A stretch of DNA of 63,165 nt, filler included, from Collodictyon triciliatum (taxonomy: Eukaryota), in NCBI GenBank assembly GCA_043381765.1. It is 4 parts of 4 records of this genome, joined end to end, with 100 filler letters (N's around TTAATTAATTAA, not from the genome) between each part and the next. Parts side by side here need not be neighbours in the genome. Positions count along the whole stretch, not along the records: positions 20,355 to 40,615 come from JBHJMP010001248.1; positions 40,716 to 60,924 come from JBHJMP010001249.1; 2 more parts are not named here. One strand, given 5' to 3'. The position numbers were made by a program, and so were the translations under genes. This document shows, one piece after another, positions 32,851 through 45,775 of the stretch. The notes under the pieces are model-generated. The model was not told where the DNA came from, made no database searches, and saw only the letters and a program-made list of their open reading frames with translations. Positions within the stretch are counted from its first letter, which is position 1. Each line of letters begins with the position of its first letter.

Positions 32851-35800
32851 ATGGACAGGAAAAAGCGCGGCTCCATCGTCTCCACAACAATCATCACAAC
32901 AACCGCATCCTCGTCATATACTAGACCTCCTCCTTTGCCCACAACAGACCCGACAGAAACCTCGTTTTCCCATGCAAGCGCAGTCGATGCAAAAGAAAAC
33001 ACTCACGTTTACACCCACACACCCTCTCAATCTCGAGTCGACCTACGCGCAAACATCTCGTCCCACTTAGATACAACAGACAAGAATCAAGAGGACACAG
33101 CAGCGAGAAACGATGATGATGCGGCTGGGTCTTCGCGCAGTAACTCCAACAGCGCTTTACCACTCGAGACACACAGCTTTCAGCGCCAGCCATCCGAGAC
33201 TGCAGATAATGTATATCATGAGCAAGAGTCATCCAGTCGACACATATACAGACAACATAGCAACGTGGATATAGCTGCGTCACAAGCGACAAAAAGCTAC
33301 AAGGTGCGGTTGAGCACGTTTTGGAAGAGTGTAGCCGAGTTTCGGAGATGCAAGCTGCGCAAGATGTACGAGGCTCGCAAGCAACGAATGCTGTCATATC
33401 GAAGAGAGTCAGTGCGGATGAGCACAGAGGTATATCTCTCGAGACTCGCTCAAGTAGAATATCTTTTTTATTATTGATGAAAGATTAAGGAATCAGAAGT
33501 AACTGATGGGAATACATGCATTCAAGAACACAGATACACGCGTTTCGAGGTCACCAAGTTTTGAAGGCTCACTTCCCTCTGCTCCATCGTTTTCAGGAAA
33601 TCACCGACAGAGTATCTATGCCATGACCAGAAATAGGAATTTGCCTGTAATTGTTGCTTTCCATAAAAAAAAAATAATTACTAATTATTAATTGAGCATC
33701 GTAATTTACCGATGCTGAGTAAATTATTTTTTTATGCTCTCATTCAAAGTCTTCTTTTCAGACTATGAATTTTTTCGTATCAAAATACGCGAGTTATTTC
33801 CAATAAAGCTTTGCTGATAATTTTATCGATACATCTGCACATGAATAACTATCGGATAAAGGTCGAAGAAATGTCAAAGTGGGAAAAAATCGATGAGGCA
33901 ACCATCCTTTTCCCAGACTCTGCCATGCTGTCTTACTGGGACACCTTCATGGGCCTTCTCATAATGTACACGGCCTTCATGATTCCATATGTTCTCGGGT
34001 TCAACGTGAGTAAATGAGCTTACTGGTTCATCTCCAAAGATATTTTCATATGCACATTTCTCGGGCGATGGAAATGACGGCATTTGGATTGGCTGGATAT
34101 ATGACAGGGATTAATCAAAGATTTGAGTAGGTTAGCTTAGATGGAGCGTGGAAGGTGCTGGACACAGTTGTAGACTTTTGCTTCATGCTGAACATTGTTG
34201 TAACAACGCGAATCGCCGTCATTGACGAAAATATGGTTTCTTTTCCTCTCTTTCTTTTCTTTTCTTTTCTTTTCTTTTCTTTTCTTTTCTTTTCTTTTCT
34301 TTTCTTTTCTTTTCTTTTCTTTTCTTTTCTTTTCTTTTCTTTCTTTTCTTTTCTTTTCTTTTCTTTTCTTTTCTTTTCTTTTCTTTTCTTTTCTTTTCTT
34401 TTCTTTTCTTTTCTTTTCTTTTCTTTTCTGTAGTGTAGTGTAGATGTTAAAATTACGACTACAACTTTGTGTGCTTCTCAACACCTGCTCGCCTTTTGCA
34501 ACAACAAAGACCATCACAGATGCTAAAGGAATCATCAAGCACTATGCAAAAACATGGCTCCTGTTCGACATACTGGCGTCCTTGCCCCTATCTCTCATCT
34601 TCAGCAATATGCTCTATGTCATTCCCTTTCGCATTCCCCGGCTGCTCAGAATCGCAAGACTTGTCCGACTTGCAAAGGTCAGTGACACCTCCACACCCCA
34701 TTATCCACACCACGCAGGCTTCCTTTTGCAAATTTGGTGACGGCGCAAATCATCAATCTGGGTAACAGGTCAACATCTGGGCATCCACATCCAACTCATA
34801 CCGAGTCATCAGGCTTAGTATCCAGTTCACGATGGTTGCACATTGGGTCGGATGCGCATGGTACTTTGTATCACGACAAGAGGCGAGTATTTTTTTCTTT
34901 GACTCTTGTTTAAATCAGAGAGACCAAGGTCAGATGCACATCATAAACGTCTTGCACAACAAGGAAATCTGAATAGCACACTATTATCTGTAAACAGAGC
35001 TTTCCTGACAACGGATTCTCTGCGCCTGCACATATCGACCAGCTGGTAAGAAGAGTGATGATGATAGCGTGGTCACCAGCCACATCCATGATTTCTAGGC
35101 AGAATGATAAATATCCCTGTTCAAAGATTTGATTCTATGGCATGTGTCGTTCGTATATATGACACTGACACACTTATCAAACAACATAATGTCGGGTCGC
35201 ATGGTTCTCGCAACGGACATTGCACAGCCTGTCTACTCTCGATATCTGAGGGCGCTATCGTGGGGCTTCACAAATCTGTCCGGACTCGGAGGCAACCTGA
35301 TACCACAAACTGACGCTGAGTGCTATCTCACACTGGTTGTGGTCATCATCGCTCTGTTTGTATTTGCGACAATCATCGGGTCCATCAACTCGGAAATCGG
35401 TAAGAAGATTGATTGGGAGGTTGATATACGAGAAAAGATACGCTCATGACCTGACACGAAGCTACGATTCGAAGAGAGGAATGACTCTGCTCTATGTAGC
35501 AAACCTTGACCGCACACAAGCACGATTCCGGGAGCGTCTGCAAGGAGTGCACGACTTCATGACGGTGAGACTATTTTTTATGATGATAGGAGGGAGATTC
35601 TTATAAGTAAAGAAGCATTACATTACCGATGGGTCTCTTGACTGGTTGCTCATGCCATCGCCAATATCTTTTCACCACGTTTGACCTGAAAGTACCGCCG
35701 CCTACCCGAGAACACCAAAGTCAAGATTCGCCACTACTACGAACGCATCTGGTTTCTCAACCAAGGTCATAGCACAGGAAATCGAGATTTCTGGAAATCA

Positions 35801-37229
35801 TCATTTTATGAGAAAGGAAACAAAAACAAACCAAAATAGAACCGATACATCATCTCAGCAAATACACACATATCGTTTTACGCAACAAACATGCACAGGC
35901 AAACAAAGCTTCTTGCGTATGACGTTTATGTGTGCTCGTTTCACGACAATATTTCTTCGTATCCTGCAGGACTGGACGAGACGGACATTCTGGGAGACCT
36001 TCCTCGAGACCTCAGGATGGAGGTAGCCAGCCACATCCACCGCAAGCTGCTTCAAAAGGTATCCAGCTGCATGGACTCCAAGATTACTTACACACACGAA
36101 CAATAAGGACTTTGCTAGACTATACGCAAGAGCATCAGACATATTTTTTTCATGAAATATCGGCACTCATGTCTATCTTCGCACTGACACTATAACGTAG
36201 GTGCCACTTTTTCGCGATGTGGAAGAAAGCTTCATCAGGGCGCTCTCACTTCGCATCCGACCAGAGATATGCTTACCCGGAGACTATGTGTTCCGGTTCG
36301 GGTATGAGTTGATAGCAGGATGCCGATATTTGAGAACAGAAGCCTACCCAACCCACTTTCGGACTCACCATACGGAAAATGTCATGGGGCCTGTTCTGAT
36401 TCCTGCCGCCCTAGGGAACAAGCGTCAGAAATGTATTTCATCAGCAGCGGGTGTGTCGAGATTATATCACCGGACGGGTCGATTCGGCTGGCGGAGATGA
36501 AAGAAGGGGCGTATTTTGGTGAGAGGAGAGAACATGATTTGAATGTTTACAAGAGGAAATAAGTGATTCGTATCTGACGGGTGGAACCCATTCGATAGGG
36601 GAAATCGCCATCCTGTCGAAAACGACGCGCACAGCGTCTGTGCGAGCGACGGAGGTGTGCGAGCTTTTTGTGGTAAGGAAGATGAGTTTGATAGTGAGAT
36701 AAATGAAGTTGATGAAGGAAGAAGAGGTTTGGAGTTTGTTGATATTTCGTTTATGTATGAACAGCTTCACAAGACCGACTTTGACGCTCTTTTGGAGCAG
36801 TATCCCAACGTTTATGCAAAAATTCGACAGGTTTTGGATTCCTTTTCAAGAATTATATCTTTATCTACACTTGCTCGTCCCCGATGTTTGTGTAGTCCCA
36901 TTGTGATGTCTATGTTCGCATTCATCAGTTGTCATTTGTCAATCAATGCGATGACACATAAGTTTGTTTTTCGGACAATTTAAGGTCGCTCGAGAGCGCA
37001 GCATTGAGAGGAGCAGGTCACTCATCATGAAGGCGCAGTATGATTCATCACATTTTTTACCGATTATTTATTTTCTCCTTTCATCACTAAATAGTGTATG
37101 TTTTCTTTCGCACTGATTTATACGCCGAAAATTGGTTGCAGGAGTGATGCTTCTCTCTTGATGAAATCAGCTGCGCAGCTCAATGCTAACACGGGAAGCT
37201 CGTCTAATTTGAACCAACCCCAAGCCTGA
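32851..37229 (+). CDS. Voltage-sensor 6TM cation channel with C-linker and cyclic-nucleotide-binding domain (KCNH/HCN/CNG superfamily); 5' end uncertain
   Basis: S1 WDTFMGLLIMYTAFMIPY, S3 FDILASLP, S4 RIPRLLRIARLVRLAK, S5 AHWVGCAW, pore YLRALSWGFTNLSGLGGNLIP, C-linker LPRDLRMEV, CNBD PGDYVFRFG|EQASEMYFISSGCV...GAYF|GEIAILSKTTRTASVRA. Confidence 0.92.
34253..34429. repeat. (TTTTC)n intronic microsatellite
   Basis: Visible tandem repeat. Confidence 0.95.
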
Positions 37230-37814
37230 AGAGTCAACTTGCACAAAACCAACTGCAACGCAGAAAAGCTCCACCTTTGCGAAACAAAATCTTAATAGTA
37301 TTGATATGTTGCTTACATGAAATAAACAAAAAATAGCGTTAGAGTGCACCTGAAAAATACTGCGTCTAAACATTATTACAAAGACATCATTATCGATTCC
37401 TGAAATATTTGTGCAATTCCACACAATAAATCCCTTTTCGATTTTGCCGTGGAACCTCGTATGTGTTTGCATTTATCATGCTCGTAGTGTGCCTGTATGT
37501 TTGAAGGATAATGTGGATTTCAGAAATCCATCAGCCAGATAGCTCAGATGTCCTCCGAGCAGGCCTCGGTCAAAATTGCGAATATATGTATGTACAGACC
37601 ACAATGCATTAGAGTAATCTTTAACTGTCTTAATTTGAGCGATTTAATTTGATTTAATTTAATGTTTATTTAAAATTTAATTCTGGCTTCATTTGATTTA
37701 ATTTTATTGCCACTTTCACGACAGTCTTGTAAAGGAAGACCATGCAGTGGTATCCTGCGAAACGGTGTGCCTTTCGCGTCATGTCATAGCGGCTTCACAC
37801 AGCAGGACATGCCA

Positions 37815-40321
37815 CTACCCAGGAATATCCAAGAATTTCAGGAAAGGATAACTGATTATGATGTCTCTGTTTTGAATTAGGTAGTAGAATTGCTGGAAAT
37901 TGAGAGTTGTGGAGCCTTGGTGTTGCATCAACTGCGTAATCTATAATCATACCCCATACAAATCAAAGAGAGTGGTTAATCAGAGAATTAATGACAGCTT
38001 GAAAAGAAAAAGATGAGCAAATTCGGATATATATATATATACCCCTTATCACTCACCCGATGCCCGTCCAATCCGTTGCCCAAGTGGTTGTGGTATAAGA
38101 CCAGTTGATTCAACTCTTGATAATTCAGGACGCCATCATCATCGTTGTCAAAACATCGAAAGACGTACAGGAGATGAATCTGGTATCCTGGCGTGTTGAA
38201 CTCAAAGGGTTGTGTGGTAAAAAACACAAAGCGCTTAAAAGTTTCCCAGTCAAAATTGTTCTCACCTGTCAAGTCGAATGCTTTCATTATACTCCACCCA
38301 AGAGGAAGGTATGTGAGCGACATTATGTAATGAGCTATGAATACAGATAGCATGCTAATGTCAAATTTTGAGTCTGGTGCAAGCTGATTGTAAATAGCCT
38401 TCAAAGGGGCTTCTTTCTTTTCATCAAACATTTTTTCCTGGTAGCACTTTTGAGTTGCTAGCTCCAGGAATGTGTATTGAACTTGGTTGTGAGGCTTCAT
38501 TTTTCTTCTCTTTAATATCGATACTGGGGACGAGTCAAACTTGTCCTCTTCAGCTTTTTGCATGAATTGTGCCTCATATCCAGCACCGTACGGTGCATGA
38601 TAAAGTCCCAGTCTTGATTGGGGGTGGGGATTGGGATTGGGATTGGGATTGGGATTGTATTCGAGGATGCAAACATCAATGTGGACTTGCTGCTCTTTAT
38701 GCGCGTGGGTGACGACCAGAATAGCAGCAGAGTTTTTATATCTGTTTGCATAGTTCCTTGCTGAAAAGACGGTTATCAGCTGGCCGTCTGCAAAGTTTTC
38801 GAATCCGTTTTCGACACATTGATGGGAGCGGATGATTTTGTGAATGTTGTTGTTCCTGCAGAACCTTTTGATGGCCGCTGAAGTAAAGATCTCGGTTGAA
38901 TCCCCCCTGGTTGGATTGCTTTGGAATTCGTTGCCCTGTTCAAGAGACGGGTCATTCCACATCAACTGCATTGCAAGGGGGCTTGATTCTTCATCGCCTA
39001 GAGGCATATGGATTCCTTCCAAATCTTTCAGTGTCCTGAGACAGGACCCGATTCCGCCGTGCATGACCAATACGTGGTCAACATATTTGAATGTATTCCT
39101 ATTGGGTTCTTCCACTGGTATCTGAATGGTGGCGGCTAAGGGAAAGTGGCTGAAAACTTCATTGAAAAGCGCATGTATGTCGGCAAATGGCTCCCCCAGT
39201 CTTACCTTGCATTCCTTAAAAAACCCATATACAGTGTTGACAGCTTCACACTCATGATTCCCACGTATTAGGGTAACTCTATTCCATTGCACCAGCTTCA
39301 AAGATAGCAAGGTGAGGATTACTTCGAGAGAATGATCCCCTCGGTCCACAAAATCGCCATTGAAGATGTAGTTCATGTACCGAATATCTCCAGGTGACTC
39401 TGTTGGTTTTCCAAAGGTGCTGAAGAAGGCAACCAGGTCCATGATATTTCCATGGATATCTCCGAAAACTTTCACTGGCGTCTGAACTTTAACCAGTGAC
39501 TTTAGATCTTTTTTGTACTTTCGAATCACTGCTCCACATAGGGTGCTAATGTCTGAGTTGGTCAACCCGAAAGGAGATTGTGTGTTATCAGGCTTTTTGA
39601 AAGTGTCGCATTGGTCTACCACCTTGGAAAGTATTTGGTTGGCAATTGTGACCGCCTGAAGCCCGGAAGTAAATGATGCTACGGACGCCATGGTGCTCGT
39701 AACAGCTGACATTATCAATTTGTCTTGAGCTGGAACTGATGTTGCTTTTTCGCGATTGGCATACTGTGAATCCCTGCGTATCATAATTTAGTGATAATGT
39801 CGTTGTATTGCATCATCATTTTGGATAATGTCGAATTGTTATGAATGGAAAAGAAAGAACCAAGAATGTTAACATGTTAAAGCTAAATTGCAATTAGTAC
39901 GATTTCACTGGAATGTAAATGCTAAGCTAGTTGATACAGGCACAAAAATAAAGAATAAAGTATGTTTCCATACATATAAATCGTGAAAGCATACGTCTTA
40001 ATAAATGGAGTAGATAATGATAGTATGAGTATTACAACAAGAAAGGGAATGGGACAATAATATAACTATATACCCTAGTTTTGGCATCTGTGAAATCAAA
40101 GGTTCTTCATATGTTGTTTGCAGCTGGGCTACTGGGTAATCACCTGGGTGACTGTAGTTACTTCTGCCGGGATTCGCTAAAGTTAATTGTCCGTATGTTG
40201 GGGATATGTTTGGACTGTATCCAGCCTGTGAGTATGCTGCCTGGGCTGTTTGTGGGCCGGAAAGTCCCGTTGTAAACCCATAATTCGTTGGGACTGAAGG
40301 GCCGGTATACCCAGGGTACAT
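37815..40321 (-). CDS. PPP-family Ser/Thr phosphatase (BSU1/PPKL-like catalytic domain) with C-terminal EF-hands; 3 exons
   Basis: GDIHG, GDFVDRG, RGNHE, MHGG, WNDP, RSHQ and FSARNY motifs; EF loops DLTGENNFDWETF and DNDDDGVLNYQEL; GT-AG introns; stop TAG at 37817-37815. Confidence 0.9.
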
Positions 40322-40454
40322 GGGATTTTTGGAAATCTATCACTGGTGCTTTTGGTACGATTCGAGTGAAAAAAAATTGAAATGGTGATTTTTCTTCTTG
40401 ATATTTTGCTTACCAACGTCTATGTTATTCTTTATTTATCTACTTTTATCTGAT

Positions 40455-40615
40455 TATTATTCTATTATTCTATTATTCTATTATTCTATTATTCTATTAT
40501 TCTATTATTCTATTATTCTATTATTCTATTATTCTATTATTCTATTATTCTATTATTCTATTATTCTATTATTCTATTATTCTATTATTCTATTATTCTA
40601 TTATTCTATTATTCT
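40455..40615. repeat. (TATTATTC)n repeat at a scaffold end
   Basis: Visible tandem repeat. Confidence 0.9.
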
Positions 40616-40715
40616 NNNNNNNNNNNNNNNNNNNNNNNNNNNNNNNNNNNNNNNNNNNNTTAATTAATTAANNNNNNNNNNNNNNNNNNNNNNNNNNNNN
40701 NNNNNNNNNNNNNNN
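40616..40715. other. Artificial scaffold spacer N44-TTAATTAATTAA-N44
   Basis: Same 100-bp unit as at 20255 and 60925. Confidence 0.95.
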
Positions 40716-40894
40716 TTTTTTTTTTTTTTTTTTTTAATTTTTGATTTTTGATTTATTTTAAAAAAAAATCATCATTCTATTCTACCTTTGAATTTGTGCA
40801 AGATGGTATTAATTTTTTTTCATCAAACTACTTCATGAATGAATTTTGTTTATCATAGAAGGACATTTAAATTAGTTTATTTCATGAGGAGTAC

Positions 40895-43800
40895 CTTGAA
40901 TTGATTTCCAAGACTGCTTTTACGCTGAGCGGACGAGGTTAGAGGGAAAAGAGAGCGAATAAAAGGATTCCCACTGGTTGTTATCAAATTCAAAAGATCT
41001 TCAAAAAGAGTGTCTTTGTTCTTCTCCAAGAAACCTGCTGTTTCATAAATCACCTAGTTGCAAATATTTATAAGCTGATTCAGAGATGACATAATCTTAA
41101 GACGAGTATTTTTGAATGACTGGTGATTTATACCTGCCCAGCGTAATGCAGGATTCCAAATGCTGTTGGGGGGCGGAGCGGCTTAACGTATTTCTCATGC
41201 TTTTTCGTATGTTTTGTGTGAAGCTTTTGTAAGAATGTTGAATCGTCTCCCTTGGGAACAACAATCTCTTCGTCGAGCATAGCTAAGATTCCGTTTGGTT
41301 TCTATGTCAATACAATAATAAAAAAAAATTCGTTGATTCAAACAAGCTCGACTGCTAATCCTTGATGAAAGAAGTAACTATGAAAGCCGCATGCAATTGC
41401 AAAACTGAATTAAGTGTTTACATTTTCAATCAAATCTAGGACAGGTTGGTTGTCAATAAAATCGACATGGTCGTATGGCACTTTTTCATTTTGGTAAAGC
41501 TCTTCCTCCAACTTGAAAGTATGCTGATTGAAATGTTGCTGCAGCTTCTCATTGGCGAAGTTGATACAAAGCTGTTCAAAGCTGTTTTTCTGTAATGAAC
41601 TATTTTAGTGTATACAAATTTACAAGCTACAATTACGATGGTGGCATAAATACATGCATACCTCAAAAATCTCAAAGCCAAAAATATCAAGCACTCCAAT
41701 CAAGCTCTTTGCAGAGCCCGGAGGGGCAGCCATGGCTTGGTTGATGCGTTGGACGAGCCAGTCAAACATGTTTCCATAAAGTGTTTTGGCCAAAGCATCT
41801 CGGTTGTCACTGGCCTAACAATGATGGATTGCAGGTTGTGGATGTAATATAAGAGAATTATTTTGCCGAATGTATTTGTTCAATTTTTTCAGAAATGACA
41901 AAAATGAAAAATGGGGATTGATAGGCAAAGTTTACCTGCTGTGGGTTAAGTGGAATAGGCATGGGTGGCTGCCCCCTGATTTGCATGATTCGACATGTAA
42001 TAGCCTTTTGTAGTTCTTCTGGTTTGAGTTTCAGAAGACCGGCAGCAAGTTGCATGGCTATATTTAAGAATGATTTTGTATAAATTGAAATAAAAAAAGA
42101 AAGAGAAAATAAACCACCTTGGCGAATGTTTTATAAATGTATATAATTATACTTCCTTCATCTTATGAAAGCCTACATTGTGGGTTCTCAATCACCGACC
42201 CCTGCTCATCCTCAGACGGGCGGAATGTGATGTTTCCGAGATGTAGGATGGCCGCGACAAGGTCGTAGATGGCATCAATCTCGGTTTGCTTAAAAGACAG
42301 ACGGTGCATAGCCTCCTATCAATTCGATATGTTCGAAATGGAAAGAGTTAAACGTAATGTTGGCTTGTTATTTTCTGAGTTCGCTAATATGATAAACCCA
42401 TGTTGGTAGATGCTAGTATTGACCTGCATTTCTGAAAAATCTGATGCATCATCCACACCATTGATAGTGGTACATCCGCTGCGGTTCAAGTAGAGATAAT
42501 CCTCGGGGTAACTGAGTCCAAGGCGTTCTAAAATATTATTACATTATTTGGCACTATAAAATAAAATAAAACGCTGGTTTCCTTGTTGGAGGATGTAATA
42601 CAAAATCATCAATCCATATAAGATTACGTCGGAGCTCGCCGCTGGCGCCTTGGCATATTTGGTAGAATATGTGGTAGTTTCGCTCTCCTGGTGTTTGGAA
42701 AACCACACGTGTCTGGGATTGTATACGGTTCAGTCCATTGGTTCAGACGACGGATAACCAATTACATGATATGTCGTGATAAAGAGAAACGAAAAGAGAA
42801 CACCAAACCTTCTCGAGTAAATCTGTTGCAGTTCATAGAATTGAAGAATAAAAATAAAACAAAAACATAATTAGTATCTTCTTAGTGGAGAATTCAAAGT
42901 CGAGAAAATGAAAGATATTTCACATACAATTCTGGGTCTTTGCTCCGCAGATTTGCTTCTTTTGGTCGAATAGAATCTCCATCCATTTTCCCTTCGATTT
43001 AAAATCACTTGAGATGATGTAGTGGAATAAAACAATATGGGGCTTTATTTTAAAAGAATTACACAGGTGTGAGTGAAGTGACTTATTGCAGGCAATAATA
43101 AAATAAAAAGAATCATTACGAAACGTGACGAATTATTGTTGCGAAGAGTTTTTGCATTTCCAAATGCCTCAAGGATTGGGTTGGATAATAGAATCATCTG
43201 CTCAACCCCTGTTGTGGAGCCTCCTACTTCTGCGAGATACTGGAGTACCTGTTTGGTGGCTTCGGTTTTTCCTGCGCCAGACTCACCGCTATATATTGAA
43301 AGAAATGATGATGTTTGTAATTAAGTGGCATAAAAACATTATATACAGCTTATATCCTTGATGGAATAAGCAAACTTCAATATCGATAGGGAACCTGATA
43401 AGGATTGACTGGTTGATATTGCTTTCGACGATAGCGCGGTAAGCAGCTTCAGCAATATTGTAAATATGTGGAGGCAACTCGCTCATTCCCTGTTATTAGA
43501 TGGTTTTCATTTTTGTTTCAGAAAACACCAAAATAGAGATGATTATTTCATATTTTTATGGTAAGGTAAAAAAAAACATCAAAATAAAGCATCATAACTA
43601 CCAAGCTAGTATTAGAATTGTGTTCAGAAAAAAACTGCATTATACTTTTTTAGAATATTTTTCCATCATAAGTGGGGTGTAAAGCGGCAAAGGCTTGAAT
43701 GGGTTCACAGAAATAAGAATTGTTCCGATGTTGGTCTAGACGGTGTCATGTATATTGAAACCTTTAGTAATTGATTATCTAACACGAATCATTGAAGTAG

Positions 43801-44726
43801 TATGTCAAAGAACGGAGGATAATTTTCACACTCACATAGATCTCATCACGGGTAAATCTCTCGTTCAGATTGTGGATGATCATGCCCTCATCAATCATGT
43901 CCATTTGCACAAGATCTTCGCTGCGCTTTTTCAAGTAGGAACGTTGCAGGCGATTCAGCGTCACGTTTTTTGGAACGACATGATACTATGCGCCATATTA
44001 AAGTGAGTGTGAGGGGAAAGCCTGTTCGTCTAACAGTGCCCTCTTTTTTGCAGTAAACGCTCACATACAACTTATTTCACCAACTGAATGATTATTGAAA
44101 AATATTATGGCTTCCGTCTCTACGAGAAAAAAAGTTTGTCACAAAAGAAAATGGATGATGGCTGATTTGACAATTAAAATATGATATATATGATAAAATG
44201 GGGGAAACGATAATAACAATAAAAAGTGTTTGTGAACCTGTCCATCCTCCGTCTGGACTTGGGCACTTCCGTCCATGTAATTCTGAATAAAGCGTGCAGG
44301 GACATACGCCAACTCAGGATGGGGCATCCAGACCCAGTCACCCTACGATTATTTACGACATGAGTGCGCATTTATGTGTGTTCTGGTTTGGTACGCCTTG
44401 GCAAACGAAAGGCAACTATATTAGACGCTTTTTCTTTCATACACAACTGTTGTATTCTGATTTAATCGAATGCTTTTTCTCAAAGGAAACGTGCAATTAT
44501 TTCGCAGTAATTTTTTATATATATATATATTTCCCACTGTTATTTCTTTTTGTCTGTCTTTAGCAGTAAAGGGGAATATGATTTGACAAGTGATAAAAAT
44601 TACCGCCAACTCGCGATCGGTGTCTCCTCTGAGTTCCTCGGGTTTATCCCACGATGTTTCGCCCGTGGCCTGGTTGTAGTAGTAGGTCATCCCATCGGGC
44701 GTGGTGTACTCGCCCCAGTTAGACAT
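40895..44726 (-). CDS. Myosin heavy chain with N-terminal WW domain (class IV-like), truncated at the spacer
   Basis: WW domain [26 protein letters not shown]; motor motifs [72 protein letters not shown]. The last exon ends at GNQFK|gt. Confidence 0.95.
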
Positions 44727-45775
44727 GCTGCAGCCCCTCTTTCTTCTTTATCCTTTTCTTTCTTTTCCTTGGCTGATTTGTTGCGCGCAAGAAGGAAAGC
44801 GTTACTTGAGTAGCAATGCATTACGTAAAGGACAGCAATGTTCTTTAGTGTGTTGGGGCCTGAGCCAGAGCCCGAGGGGAAACGGGTCGGACTCTTCGGA
44901 CAATCCTTGTGATTTTCTGCAGCGCTCTGACTGCCCCGACTAAGAAAAAGACCCAAGCGCAAGACAGACAGATGCAGATACAAGAAAAAGTGCCAAAATG
45001 ACAATCACGTCTTTGGAAATATATATCTGGAAATTATGAGTCTACAAATTTTTAAGTCTTATGCCAACGAAATTTTGCTTATATTGACATACATAATAAC
45101 CGAGTAAAATTAGTATTTGCATATGTATGTTAGAAGAAAGGACGGCAACGATGGGGGGTTGTGGCGTTTCATGTTGTTCTCCTGGTGGATAGGCGGGAAT
45201 GTAATGGCATCCTACACGATTTCAAAAAAGGAGTCTGTGCTGTGTTTGGAAGGCAGCGCATACTTTGCTTGTATTGCGCATTCGCTAGTGAACAATTATG
45301 GTTTTAATTGTACCCTACTATCATAGACAAGGCGCTATTCGTCAGGTTTCGTGGTTTTCGTATTGCGCACAACAAAGACGAATTGCCAAAGAATGACCAG
45401 GCTTTCCGCTTTCCACGCAGAAAACGAAAGCTTCGATGAAAGGGGCACATCATTTTCATGGGAATTTGTAGAAACAACGGGAAGGAAAGCGACTTTTGTT
45501 TCATTATCCCAGCGACTAAAGTACATCTGGATGAAAAAGAAGGAAAAAATAAATTTTACTCATGCGTATGGAGTTGGCGAAATAATAGCAAACAAACAGA
45601 ATATTATATTTCGTAGCTTACGGTTTATTCTATTCTTTTCTTAATTTCATTCTTGATTTTGATTTGGTTGGATTTTTTTATATTCTTTTACGATTGCGGG
45701 CATCAAAAAGGAGAAAATGAGGGCGTCTGACTATTGATATCCCAAGAGAACGAAACAAACGAGTTGAGGGAAAGT

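Noticed and set aside
36059-36200. GTATCCAG donor (and GTATCCAT at 62298) as U12 introns
   Set aside because: No U12 branch sequence near the acceptor; the channel intron has a U2-type CACTGAC.
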